Shown here in pieces: positions 1 through 12,500 of a stretch of 64,000 nt of DNA. Source of the DNA: Selaginella moellendorffii (taxonomy: Eukaryota; Plantae; Lycopodiophyta); contig NW_003314312.1 of the NCBI RefSeq assembly GCF_000143415.4, positions 859,510-923,509 on the forward strand, given 5' to 3'. The notes under the pieces were generated by a model. It had not been told where the DNA came from, did no database searches, and saw nothing but the letters and a program-made list of their open reading frames with translations. The position numbers and the translations under genes were made by a program. Each line of letters begins with the position of its first letter. Position 1 is the first letter of the stretch.

Positions 1-1599
1 ATTAGTAACTAATCAATAAAAAGAAAAACTGCTACATGTCTAGCATACTATACATACAAGTTTACTTGAGAAAGTGGCAATGCACATGAAGAGTAAAGTG
101 CTTCATATGAAATTTATTTTCCATTATTTTAATATAGTATTTGTGTAGTTTGAATTGTTTAGAAAACATCTTCATTTCAGCTCTATAGCATATTGACTAC
201 AATATATAATCCATGTATTTTGAATTTAAAATGTGATTTATAATTTGCGGCTGTGCATCTAATATAACAACACTAAAAAAACTAAAATTATTATTTATAA
301 TTGTAAAATTACAAAAGTTAGAAAAACTTATAAACATTCTTAAGAATTTATAAATTTAATAATAATCTAATATCAGTTATATGAAATAATATAATGCATA
401 TTCAAGAATATTCTAAGTATACATATATATCATTTGACTAATAAGAATAAATACTTGGTAGAAATAAGGAAATATTACAATAATAAAAAATAATATTTAT
501 TTTCTAACAAAAATAGATGTTAAAAGTAAGATAAAAATGAAATCTGTATTAAAAACTCCTAGTTTCATTTACAATGTAGTGTGAAAACTATTGCTTAAAA
601 TATCAAATTAATGAGTATTATATAAATTTATTTATTTATATTATATTTATCCATTTAATATATTTCTTACATTAATAAAATTTAAATATGAAATTAATAC
701 TAATTTACTTATAAAAGCTAAAATTTAAAATTTATTATGACTAATAGGAGTTTATATTTTTTATTCAAGATGTGAGTTCCAAATATACAACTAAAATCCC
801 GTATATTAATATTAACGTAGTGGGATTTTAGTAGCTATCAGATTTGTTTCAATATAAAGTTTTGGGGCTAATTCAATATACACATTTTTATATTTTACCA
901 TATGTCATGTTTTCACATTCGTGGTGGTGAGGGGTAACTCTAATTATCCTGATAAGTGTTTAGGTTTGTGCTTTTGATTTAGATTTAGCTTCTATATCTT
1001 ATAAATCTCTCTTATTTGTATAGTTTTTCAACTTTTTATTTTTTGCATTTCTTCTTTTTGTTCATCTTCATGGCAAAATAACAACTTCCTCTTCTTTTGA
1101 CTTTGGAGTAATAATTAATGTAGTTGCTCAATGTTGTATAGTTGTAGCAATCATAGCACATGGTGCACCTCTTTCTACTCTTGTTGCCAATTCTTGTGTT
1201 CAACTAAAGTTTTTTTTATAGGAATCTTGAGGATGATGTGTAGTATTTGCATGAGTTTCCCACATGTCTCAAAGGGATGGCAATACAATGGTACAATAGT
1301 TTAAGAGTGGCAACTTGTGTAGATTGGAGCCTTCTCTGAAATGTACACGTGGACATCCTAATGATCGTAATGATGCATTTCAGCAATTGTATCATCTTTG
1401 TCAATAGTTATTTGAGTTAGTAATGCAATTTAGTGTCCACTTCCAAAACCTCTTATTTCATGTAAAGCTAAATATATGGTTAGCACTTCGTCAAGATCTT
1501 GTGGGCTTGTGCATACACTAATTGCAACCACCTTTAATAATGTCATTTAATTGTATAACACTATGAAACATCACCTTTCCCACATATCACTATAAATTT

Positions 1600-2070
1600 T
1601 ATAGTTCCACTTTCTATGGAAGATGATCCTATCACGTTATTGATCCTCTTTATTGATCTTCCAGATTATATGGGAAGAAGCTATTAGTACTAAGTTAAAT
1701 TTCGCTTATATGTAATACCAAGTGCTGATGGCTAAAATTAAAGTTCCTAAGGCTACTTTTCATAAATCATTTGGTTTATACAAGTTCTTTATAATGCCAA
1801 TGAACAATGCTCCAATAGCTTTCTTTTTAATAAATGATAGACGAGGTTCTTTGTGATATGTTAGAGGTGACTATTAACTTTATTGATGATGTTTTAATCC
1901 ACTTGAAGGGGATATAGAAGGAGCACATGTGATATTTGCAAAGTGCTAGATTGGTTGCGGGAAGTTGATTTAAATTTGAAGTAGTCGAAGTGCATACTTA
2001 GATCTAAAGACACAACTTACCTTGGGTATTATATTTCTCGTAAAGATAACAAAGGTTGTTGAACATCGAA
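1600..2070 (+). mobile_element. Highly degenerate Ty3/gypsy reverse-transcriptase remnant
   Basis: Broken frames retain Y-K-F-F-I-M-P (~1779), N-A-P and F-I-D-D-V-L-I (~1879; YxDD box). Many stops and indels; boundaries approximate. Confidence 0.6.
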
Positions 2071-2731
2071 TTTATAAATTTTATTTTATAATGCTAATTG
2101 AAATCTATATTATATCAAGGAGTATTAGTGATATTTAATTAATATTACTTTTTATTGTAGAATATTTTGTAAAATAATAGATTATATTTAATTAATATAT
2201 TATTTTATTTATTTTGAGCACATTAAATAATATAAGAAATAGTGAATTCGTTTAAAAGCTCATAAATATCAGAATTCTTTAAAATGTATCGATATAAATA
2301 ATTCTTCTATTATTTAAATGAGGAAAATACTGAGTATCAAAGTATCTATAATTTGTTTAATAAATATACATATTATTATTGTTTTTTATATTATATTCTG
2401 CATTTTATATTCAGAATATAGGGACTATATATTGTAGTCAAGATACTGTAGAGCTGAAATCAGTTAGAATTTCTTTTTAAACATTGAAGCTACATAAAAG
2501 TTACTAAATATTTTTTTAATTTTTAATTTTAATTTTATTATTATCTAGAATATATTCAATAATGCATATTTAAAAAATTTCTATTTTACATTTTTTTGTT
2601 TTTTTTTTTTTTTTGAGCTGATTGTGTAGTCAAATAAAAGTGGAATTGAAAGTCATCTTAATTTTACTCAATAAAGTTATATCTTATATATTGATGTTTT
2701 TAAAACACTATATTTCATTTTAAATATAGAT

Positions 2732-3598
2732 ATGAAATATTTTTATTTTTTATTGTTTTCTATATTCTTTATTAACATAAAAATAATATTTGCTCCAAGA
2801 CATTTTCCTCCAAAATTTGGAAGATTAAATATTTTAAACCAGCATGATATCACCAAAATTATTCAGGCTATTAATGGTTTAATATTTACAATTGATCGTG
2901 CAAAAAATGATTATATTGTTCAAACATTTAGTGAACAAACTGAAGTGAGTACGTCACAGGGTATTGTTGATTTAATAATTAAAGTTAAGCCAAAATGTGA
3001 TGGTGAGGTTACTGAAACTATTAAAGGTTTAAATTTAATAATGGGTTTTGATAGAATTTTAAGTACTACTGTTAATTTTATTTGTGAAAATCTTTCTGAT
3101 TTTTTTCAGAAAGAAACAGAAAGGTATTCTATACAATATAAACTTAGAGATAATTCTGAACTTTTTTTTGAACAGAAATATGAAAAATATCATACTTTAT
3201 TTTTAATTTGTCCTCTTGAAAATAGCATTTTATATCCTGGGTTCAAACTTTATAAAGATCAATTTTTAACATCACCAAATAATAAAATTATTTTATTATT
3301 AGATTCAAAGTGCAATCTTATATTATACTCTAAAAGTCTTAAAATTTGGGAATCTGAGACATCAAGAAATATTTATAGTGATTGCTTTTTGTTATTAAAG
3401 TTAAATGGTAATTTGGTTTTAGTTTATGGTAAAGACATTATATGGGATACTAAAAGTTTTTGTAAGGAAATTCATTGTACCTTAATATCAGTGTTCACTA
3501 TTCAAAATGTTTGCAATTTAGTAATTTATAATGCAAAATATCCTAATAATGTTTTATGGTCGTTAAAAGCTTCACATCATAATCTTTGTTTTATTTAA
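2732..3598 (+). CDS. Secreted protein with unknown N-terminal domain and C-terminal bulb-type (GNA/B) lectin domain
   Basis: Intronless 288-aa ATG ORF with a hydrophobic signal peptide. The C-terminal ~120 aa show three B-lectin subdomains (DSKCNLILY, KLNGNLVLVY, QNVCNLVIY) with IWES/IWDT/LWS motifs. Confidence 0.75.
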   Translation: MKYFYFLLFSIFFINIKIIFAPRHFPPKFGRLNILNQHDITKIIQAINGLIFTIDRAKNDYIVQTFSEQTEVSTSQGIVDLIIKVKPKCDGEVTETIKGLNLIMGFDRILSTTVNFICENLSDFFQKETERYSIQYKLRDNSELFFEQKYEKYHTLFLICPLENSILYPGFKLYKDQFLTSPNNKIILLLDSKCNLILYSKSLKIWESETSRNIYSDCFLLLKLNGNLVLVYGKDIIWDTKSFCKEIHCTLISVFTIQNVCNLVIYNAKYPNNVLWSLKASHHNLCFI

Positions 3599-4192
3599 AT
3601 TGAAAGACTTAATTTTTATTTTATAAACGTTTTAATATATTTAATAAATTTATAGAATATAGATAATAATAATCTATAATTTGATCTCCTCCTACAATTA
3701 TGCTGAATATCACCATTCATAAACCTCTGAGTATAATAATAATAAATTGCTATGTGTTTCTGTAGCAACACTTGGTTTGCTTAATAGTAGTGTTATTCTT
3801 ACTTATTAATCTAATTGATCAAATAAAATTTATATTTATAAGCATATTTATAATTTATAAACACAAGATTATCAACAATTAGATGATAGAATAAAAATGA
3901 ACATACTAGAAAGGGTTTAAGAAATTTTATAATTTATAAACATGTTTATAAAATTATAAATACAAGACTAATGTAAATGAATTACAATCATCGATGGTAG
4001 AATATTCTAAACTATTTAAGAATATTCTAGATATATCAAACCAACATAGGATATACCTGGGTATTCTTGAATATTCTATAATTTAATTGTTGATATTACC
4101 ACTACTTAAGCAAACCAAAAATAACAGTTTCTTAATGTCAATTGCTAGAAATAATTAACGTTGTTGATAATTTGATTCCATATACACATCTT

Positions 4193-5578
4193 CTAATCAA
4201 GCAAAGCTAGTAGAAGCACCAGCAAAAAGAGCAGCAAGGATCTCTGCCTGGACAACAATCCGCTGTTGGCAGCACCACTATTGCTGCTGGAAGACAATGA
4301 TGATCCCTGACTACTACACGAGCTCAAATTCTTGGTGGAAACGTTCCTTGGCACGTCCACAGTGAGGCACAGATCTACGTTCCCACGAAGATCCAAGTTC
4401 TCGCCCAGCCTGTAGAGGAAATCTCTTTGGAAAGGCACCGGTCCGGAGAGAAGATTGTTGCTGAGATTGAGATGATAGATGTTGGAGAGCCTGGCAATGC
4501 TGGAAGGAATGCTACCATTGAGAAGATTGTCCTCGAGAGAGAGCTCGCTGAGATAGATCAAATCCCCCAAGCTCGCGGGAATGGAACCGAAGTATCCAGA
4601 GCTGGAGAGGCTGAGCTCCGAGAGATTGGTGAGCTTGCTCCAAAAATCCGGGAGCTCCACGCGCATTGGATTGCCGTGGAGGATGAGGTACTCGATCCCC
4701 ACGAGATTGGCCAGTGATTGGGGCAACTCGCCCGTGAGCTCGTTGTCACTGAGCGCCAAGAATTTCAAGCCCGCCAAGGATCCCAGCGAGGATGGGATCC
4801 TTCCCGTGAGGCGATTGCCGCTGAGATCCATCTTCTGGAGCTGGGATGCCTCCCCGATCGAGGATGGAATGTGCCCGGAGAGAAGATTTCCATTAAGATC
4901 CAGGATGCTGAGGCTCTTGATCGCGCCAAGCTCCCCTGGAATCGCCCCGGAGAGGGCATTGTAGCTCAGATCGATGTGCTCGACCTTGGCCAGATCGCCC
5001 AGCTCCTTGGGGATTTGCCCCGAGAGGCCATTCTGCGAGAGGGAGAGGACCTCGAGCTTGGAGAGGCGCCCAATCTCGCTGGGGATCTCTCCCACCAGCG
5101 ATGGATTCCCTCGCAGGCTGAGCATCTGGAGCGAGGAGGCGAGCTTGGAGATCCCGGGGACGATGGTGGTCTTGGAATCCACGAAGCAATTGAGGATGAA
5201 GAGGCCGCGCAGGGACTTGAGCTGGAGGAGCGATGGATCCATGGTGGCATTGCGCTTGCAAGTCGAGTTGGGCAGCGATCCAAAGTCGATGCGCGTGACG
5301 TGAGAGAGGCCATCGTCTTGCTGCTCGCAGTGGATGCCCGGCCATGGAGTGCTGCTACACGGGTGTGGGTAGTGCCGCCGCCACTCAATCTCCATCGTCA
5401 GAGCTTCCATCACCCGGAAGAGCGATTCCAGCTCGTTGGGATCCATGAAAGGGTCCGGCTGCTCGTAGTCCGAGTGGACAATGTGAGATGACCCTTCCTC
5501 TGCTCGTCCATGGATTCTTTCGCTGGAGATCGTCCTGGGAAGTGAAGCTAGCAGCAGCAGCACCACCACCATCGCCAT
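4193..5578 (-). CDS. LRR receptor-like protein, RLP29/PII-2 (TMM-related) clade, with hydrophobic/GPI-like C-terminus
   Basis: Signal peptide from ATG 5578 (frame open to 5734). N-cap WRRHYPHPC...WPGIHC...HVTRIDFG, about 10 plant LRRs (LxxLxLSxNxLSGxIP), Ser-rich linker, hydrophobic tail, no kinase domain. Confidence 0.9.
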   Translation of the reverse strand: MAMVVVLLLLASLPRTISSERIHGRAEEGSSHIVHSDYEQPDPFMDPNELESLFRVMEALTMEIEWRRHYPHPCSSTPWPGIHCEQQDDGLSHVTRIDFGSLPNSTCKRNATMDPSLLQLKSLRGLFILNCFVDSKTTIVPGISKLASSLQMLSLRGNPSLVGEIPSEIGRLSKLEVLSLSQNGLSGQIPKELGDLAKVEHIDLSYNALSGAIPGELGAIKSLSILDLNGNLLSGHIPSSIGEASQLQKMDLSGNRLTGRIPSSLGSLAGLKFLALSDNELTGELPQSLANLVGIEYLILHGNPMRVELPDFWSKLTNLSELSLSSSGYFGSIPASLGDLIYLSELSLEDNLLNGSIPSSIARLSNIYHLNLSNNLLSGPVPFQRDFLYRLGENLDLRGNVDLCLTVDVPRNVSTKNLSSCSSQGSSLSSSSNSGAANSGLLSRQRSLLLFLLVLLLALLD

Positions 5579-7989
5579 CTTTGCTACGTTGTCATGGAGC
5601 CTGTGGCGCTTTGGATTCTCTCTGCTGGCCATTATCATCCTTGTCCTGGAGGGTGATCTAGCTCCATCTCTGCTGCTGCTCGTCATCACTGCTCTTCCCG
5701 ATCTAGCTCCAACTCTGCTGCTGCCCGCCATCACTGCTCTTCTCGATCATCAAACGGAGTAGCTTCGCCCTCCCTCGTCTTTGTGTCTCCGTCGACGATG
5801 CACAGTGGTGGTGGTGGCGATGGAGATCCTGGAAGAAGGAAAACAAAAGTAATGCGCTGCAAGTATTGAGATTTCAAACCTGTGCATGAGTTATTTATTC
5901 CTGTCCCTTCGCTGCTTTCTCGTCTTTCTCCTGTTACCAATCCACTCCACGGCTCCTCGAGGCATATTTTATCGATCGGGTAAATGCGATAGATCTCATG
6001 TAAAGCAACGTCCTGGAACAATGTGTAATCCCGGATCCCCGAGCGTAAGTGACTTGCTATGATTTCTGGCAGAGTAAACAATAACCTTGTTCTGTGCATT
6101 GTCTCCCTTTGACAACAGGGTTGAACGCAAACATTTCATGTCACCGCGGCCCTTCTTTTCGCGGACATAAAAGGACCAACTTGCAAGGAACTTCCATTCT
6201 TCCTCTCTCTCTCTCTTTCCTGTGATGCTGTAGACTATTAGAACAAAGCCAGGTTTAAAGCCGGGAGCTAAGTACCTCGCGCCTTGGATCTATCTCCGCT
6301 ATAAAACTCCCTGATCAAGGCACAGTTCTTAGGAAGAATAGATTTCCAATTTCACTAGGTACCTTGCATGCCCGCTCGAAAGTTGGATGTTAAACAATCC
6401 CCCCAGGCGCATTCTTTAGCTCTCTTGCTTTTCTTTTTGTTTGCTTTTCCCTCTCCATGCTGGGTCCATGAGTTACGTGCATCGTACTACGTACAGTGCG
6501 ATTTCCTCCACGCATTAGCTGTGACGTAGCAACAGGAGCAGAGTCAAGGATAACACTCAAATGAACTCATTCAAGAACTTATCGACTTACCACCCGCAGC
6601 AGAGGGTGCCAAATTCTTAAAAGCTCCAGTTGGTGGAGAAGAATTGAGGAAGAAACGTCGTACTTCCTTTGTCTCACTCAGCATGTAGCGATCAAATCAG
6701 GCACACACGCATGCTGCAGCACAGCACACATGCACACAATGGCTGTTCCTGCCCTCTGCTGGTACAAGTCTTTCCTGCGTATGCCATGCCTGGGCAATTG
6801 CTTCTGCCCCCACCATTTATCGCAACATGCCAGCCAGCCGTTTGTTGCTGCTGCTGTTGCTGCTGCAAGATCCAAACAAAACTTAGGAAGGCCGAATATT
6901 TCGTGCTTACCTCATAAGCGTGGACGAAGCTCCCGCTGGACCACGAGGAATTAGTTGATAGCAAAGATCTCCAGCTGAAATCCTGAAAAGCAGACACACA
7001 ATCCGGCAGCAGCAGCGACGTCTTTCCAAGACCAAAGCTTTTGATTGTAGTACCTGTGCCTGGCGCGGGTGGTCAAGAATTACACTTAAACCAGTCCAAG
7101 CGTTGCAAATCCAAAACGAGCAAGGCGTTCAAAGTCAAGAACCCGAAAGGCAGTGACAACAACGACGCTCCAACAACAGCAAACAAGAACATCAGTGCAA
7201 GTTGCAAAGTAATATCTGGATGCATACCACCAGCCGGTGGCACCAGTCGGAAGAAACCGATCCGCAGAAGCACATGAGCGTTGTCATAAGTTGGGTGATG
7301 CGTTGGTGACGACCCAAAGAGGTGCGCTTTAAATAAAAATCCCAGCTTTTTCCATCCTTTTACTTGGAGTAGAATAAGCCCAAGGCTGTCCTCCTCCTCC
7401 TCAGCTCTGCCAAGAAACTTAAGTAGTACCCCCGCAGGATTTCAGAGGATAAAAATACAAAAGAGAGAGAGAAAGAGCACTCACCACCACATACTTGCAT
7501 TTTTCTTCTTCCTCCGAGCAGCAGAGCTGCCTGGAATTGTTGAAGATCCTGTGCACCCACGTGCCAATCTTTCTCGGATTTCATACTTAAAATATACGCC
7601 CAGTGCCGCCCTCGATGTCATGGTTACAAACATCGCCGTTCTGTTCTGTCCACTTGTTTATGTATTCGGGGAAAAAACTAAGGTTGTGTGCCAGGACCAT
7701 AGCCATTTTTTATCCAAATGCACCGATGTTACTTTAGGAATTTCTCTGCTTCGAACGTAGCGAACATCCAAGGATCAAGAACTCCCTGAAAGAGAAGAGA
7801 AAATAGAATGGTGTCGAATCGAACAAACAGGATCACAAGGAATGCAAAGACATACCCAGAGTGTATAGACTATGCGTGATCTGCGGCTGGCTATTCTTCT
7901 CCTTATATTGCTGCCATGCAATCTTCAAAGGGATTGGGCTTGTCATTTGGCCAAGTACCTCTCCGCAAAAGTTTGTCTTTTGATGACAA

Positions 7990-8900
7990 AGTGACTCGGA
8001 AAGCACTGCGAACGCGAAGCATGTCTTCTGCTTTTCCATCTGACGTGCCACACCCTGCCTTAAACCATCTCTTCAAATATATTTGAGACCTGAACACAAG
8101 AACAGAACCATCAGTACGATGGATGCTTGAAAATCATATCAGACCTCGTCGAGCTTCTCGGGCCTAATCAATGCTTTCATGAGCGTTGTATAAGTTATCT
8201 TGTCAGCTGTCAATCCCTGAAACCGAAAACATCAAAAGGTCGCAGCGAACAAAACGTACAGCTTCGTTTGATGTATTCAAACACCGGGAACACCACCTGA
8301 CCAGACTAAACGCGTTGATCACCAGGTGTATCTCAATATTTTTCATGCTCGCACATTCCCTGCAAGAGCATCACCTCGTTCGAGAACACCGGAATGAAAG
8401 AATCGAAAAGCATAAACACGGTACCAGTTGAGCTGAGTAAGCCGCTGGCGACGGTCCCATTCCATCGCCTGGACTGGAACAAGCGTGCATGAATGTATAT
8501 ATCCACAAAGGTTGTGCTTGGAAACAGTCACTCGGAACGCATCTCCTCGACAGTTGGTTCACGTCATGCCACCGGTCCTGCTCTTGTTGAAAGTTTGAGC
8601 CGTCAGCTTCCTAAGAGTTCCAAGACACCATTCGAAACATCTCTCGCAAGAGCTTCAGCCTTTGGGCTGTGTAGAGGAGTTCGGCCAGATATGACAGTCT
8701 CGCATCTCCTCCCGGGCGAGCATAAGCACCAACGAGCAGGCAGTAAGTTATCGTCGTCCCTGACACTGTCTATTAGCCTTTCCTCGAGTAGCCACCGAGC
8801 AAGCATCAAGGATATATAGTTATCCCGGAAGCTTGCAACTTCTCCACGGAATTTGTGAACTTGCAAAGATGAGAGGACTCCTTCAGCTTGTATATCCACA
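7990..8900 (-). pseudogene. Pseudogene of a P-class PPR protein resembling CRP1 (At5g42310 type)
   Basis: Collinear fragments in shifting frames: LLGGYSRKG**, TYCLLVGAYAR, EEMRDCHIWPNS, QDRWHDVNQL/VEEMRSE*, LVINAFS, ADKITYTTLMKALIR, VSNIFEEMV*/KAGC..DGKAEDMLR..SAFR. These match the order of CRP1 C-terminal repeats; GT-AG introns are retained. Confidence 0.7.
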
Positions 8901-9565
8901 ACACCATGGTCTAAATTTTTCCATAGTCCTTGTTCTCTACGTTGAATCCACGACGCTGATAGAGCTTTAGTTTCTTCTCTCTTCCATTCTTTCTAAGAGC
9001 GAAGCTCTAAACGGTTCTATCAAAAAAAAAATCCCTCTTTTTCCAATCTCTCGAGCAATGCCGCATCAATTTCATATAGCGAAGCGTACCTCCCACCACG
9101 CCGCCCTCCTCCAAAACCCTACGTTCGTCATTCTTGGATCCATCGCCGTGGCGACATGAATGCACAGCTCAAGAACCCTAAAAGAACTTACAAATGATAG
9201 CTTAAATACATTCATGTTTGAGGAACCCTAGAAGCAGTGGGGCGATGGCGCTGTGTTTCTGACCGATTGTGAGGTGAGCTTTGGTGATTGTCTGATGCGC
9301 TGCGTGAATGGTGCTTGATTCTCCTGTATTTCTAGCTGGATTCGTCCATGGGATGCGCCAGTAGAGCCTCCAAATCAGGGTGTGGATTCTTTGCATTCTT
9401 GCCCGCTTTCTTCAATCCTTTGTCGCGGTTTTCTTACCATGGAGTCTCTCTTCCAGGCACTGTAAGCCTCCATTCCGATTGTTTGGTGGAAAGATCCATA
9501 GTGCTAGCGTGATTCCAAGGCATTCATCGGTATCAGCGGCTCCCGCGAGGAGCTTGAGGAATTCG

Positions 9566-12500
9566 ATGGTGTCTGAAGTAGCTGTGGTGAAATCTCCTTC
9601 CGACAAGCGAGACTACGAGATCGTTCACTTGAGGAATGGCCTGTCGGCGCTCCTCATTCACGACTCGGAGATCAAACACTCGGTGGCGAGCGTCGAGAAA
9701 GCTCCTTTAGCGGCTTCCAGCGAAGAATCGGACTATGACGACGACGAAGACGACGAAGAAGATGACGAAGAAGAAGAGGAGGAGGAGGATATGGCTCGAG
9801 ACGAGGTTCCAGAAGATGGAAAAAAGCGGGGTGGCATGGCTCAAGCGAAGAAGGTAAGTTACTCGTTTGTTTCCATTCTTTGAAATAGTCTTTGTGGTTT
9901 TCGAGTGTAGGCAGCTGCTGCTATGTGCGTGAGTGTGGGAAGTTTTTCCGATCCCAAAGATGCTGAAGGACTGGCGCACTTTCTCGGTGAATTTCTCTTC
10001 TCTTCTTCTTTTTGGTTTGTAATGACACAATGTGTTTTGGACAGAACACATGCTTTTTATGGGGAGCTCAAAGTTTCCAGATGAGAACGAGGTATTGTCT
10101 TTGTCTTCTGCTTCCTATTTGCCATGTAAAACTATATGGTTTCATTCAGTACGCTGGATTTTTGGCCGAACACGGTGGGTCTTCGAACGCGTTTACGGAG
10201 ATGGAGTATACGTGTTACCATTTTGACGTGAATCACATGTATCTAAAGCCCGCTTTAGAGAGGTCGGAGCTACTTTTGATTTTATACCATCTTACGTTTT
10301 TTCCTTCTCAGATTCTCGCAATTCTTTATTTCTCCTCTGGTAAAAGGGGACTCGATTGAACGCGAAGTTCAAGCAGTCGACTCAGGTATGCGATTACTAC
10401 AGGATTCTTTAGGATGCATTCGTCGTAAGTGACATGGTTGTCTTTGCCAGAGTTTGTGCAGGCTTTGCAAAATGATGGCTGCCGGTTGAATCAGCTGAAA
10501 TGCCACACAGCTGATCTTCGACATCCCTATAACCGCTTTTCTTGGGGTATTCAATACATTTTAAAAGTCATAACGTGTATCGGTGGGATCTGCTTCAGGA
10601 AATGCCAAAAGCTTAGGCGAAGCTATAACAAAGTGTACTGACATTCGTCAAAAGCTCATCGAATTTTACAAGCAACATTATCTGGCAAATCGTATGAAGC
10701 TTGTTGTTCTTGGAGGAGGTGAGTGGTAAGCCCACGTTTGCGCCTTTTGTGACTTGTCCTTGATGCTTTTTGTGCCTGCAGAACCCTTGGCCACACTCAA
10801 GGAGTGGGTAACAGAATTGTTTGAAGACATTCCGGAAGGCAGCAGCAAGCCGCAACGTTTTTCCTGGAATGGGCCTGTTTGGCCTGCAGGGAAAATCTAT
10901 CATGTGGAATCAGTTAAAGATCAGCATCGACTTATATTGAGCTGGGTCATGCCATGCTTGCACACCGAGTATCTGAAGAAACCTCATGACTACCTCTCTC
11001 ATCTAATTGGACACGGTACGTTCATGGTTTTGATTGACAAAAGAGTTACTATTTGTTTTCTTCGTCGGTGCAGAGGGAAAGGGAAGCTTGCTGCAGTTTC
11101 TAAAAGCAAATGGCTGGGCCACAGATTTAGCTGCGGGTGTCAGCGAGGATGATTTTGAAAAGAGTACTGCTGGCTATCTTTTCTCAGTCTGTATTAACTT
11201 GACAGTCTCCGGCTTGGGCAAGGTAATTCATCTGATTCTCTTTGGATGTGTTAAATGACGCGTGAATGCAGATCCACGAAATTGTAGGAAAGTTTTTCGA
11301 GTTTGTTAAATTGCTTCGGGATAGTAAGCCTCAGGAGTGGATTTTTGAAGAGCTTCACGCAGTTTCGGCCATGGATTTTAGATTTGTGGAAGAAGAACCA
11401 GCAGATGATTACGTCTCCACTCTTGCAAGTAAGCAAATGCGGAACAGAAACATCCATAACAACGTGTTTTTGTTCGGGCAGAGAATATGCACCTATTTCC
11501 AGAGCACCATGTTATTTATGGTGATTATGCTCATGACCAGTGGGATCCCAAGCTGGCAGAAGAGCTTCTGAACTATTTGAGCCCCATGACGATGCGAGTT
11601 GATATTGTTACGAAATCATTCAACAAAGACGCACCAGGTATTTTTTTTCGTGTTCTTTAAGGCGTATGCTAACCAATTTATGAATCTAGATGTGGTGTTC
11701 GAGCCCTGGTTTGGAACACCTTACGTCGTGAACGAAGCACCGAAAGATCTACTCAACGGTTGGCTTAATCCACTGGCTGTAAACGATGCATTACACCTCC
11801 CGGCTGTCAATGAGTTTATATCTCGTGACTTTAGCATCAAGTCCGCTGATGACTCCAACGTGCTGCCCGTTGTTATCGCAGAGGACTCGTCAGTGAAGGT
11901 CTGGCACAAGCTGGATCGGACGTTTCAAACTCCTCGAGCGAATGTGTTTATGAAACTCTCTTGCCGAATGGACGGTCTGCGCTCCGAGGTGCTAACAAGC
12001 TTGTATACGTTGCTTCTAAAGGATGCTCTAAACGAGACCATATACATGGTACGTTTTTTATTTTTTTATTTTTTTCCAGTTGTGACAAGCTCGTCCATAT
12101 TTTCGTTTTTTTAGGCAACTGTCGCTGGTTTGTCCTCTTCAGTGGTGGCAAACATACATAATATCGAGTTTAAGGTGCATGGCTACAATGAGAAGCTAGG
12201 CGTCCTTGCCCAGCAAATATGTCAACTATTGAAGGCGTTAGTACCCGCGAATGATCGTTTCGAGGTCAATACAAATTCGCGTTATAACTTTGAAACTCTA
12301 AGCTTTTTTGTTTTTCAGGTCGCCAAAGAGCAGTATGAACGACTCTGCCGAAATGCCAGAGTAAAGCCCATGACTCACTCAGCAGCTCTTAGAGTTCAAA
12401 TCCTTAGAATGGGAAGCTGGAGCGAAGAGGAAAGGCTGGCGTATCTCTCAACATTGAGCGCTGAAGATGTCCGTAATTTCATTCCCCAGCTTTTCAGAGA

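Noticed and set aside
4427-5491. Several long overlapping ORFs opposite or inside the LRR-RLP (e.g. 4718-5491 +, 257 aa)
   Set aside because: Antisense or alternative-frame shadows of a GC-rich coding sequence; no recognisable motifs.
5579-5734. 52-aa N-terminal extension of the RLP ORF
   Set aside because: Low-complexity S/R sequence ahead of a clear signal peptide; more likely 5' UTR, though not excluded.
7073-7273. Hydrophobic 66-aa ORF resembling a membrane protein
   Set aside because: Non-ATG start within a decayed pseudogene region; no family motif.
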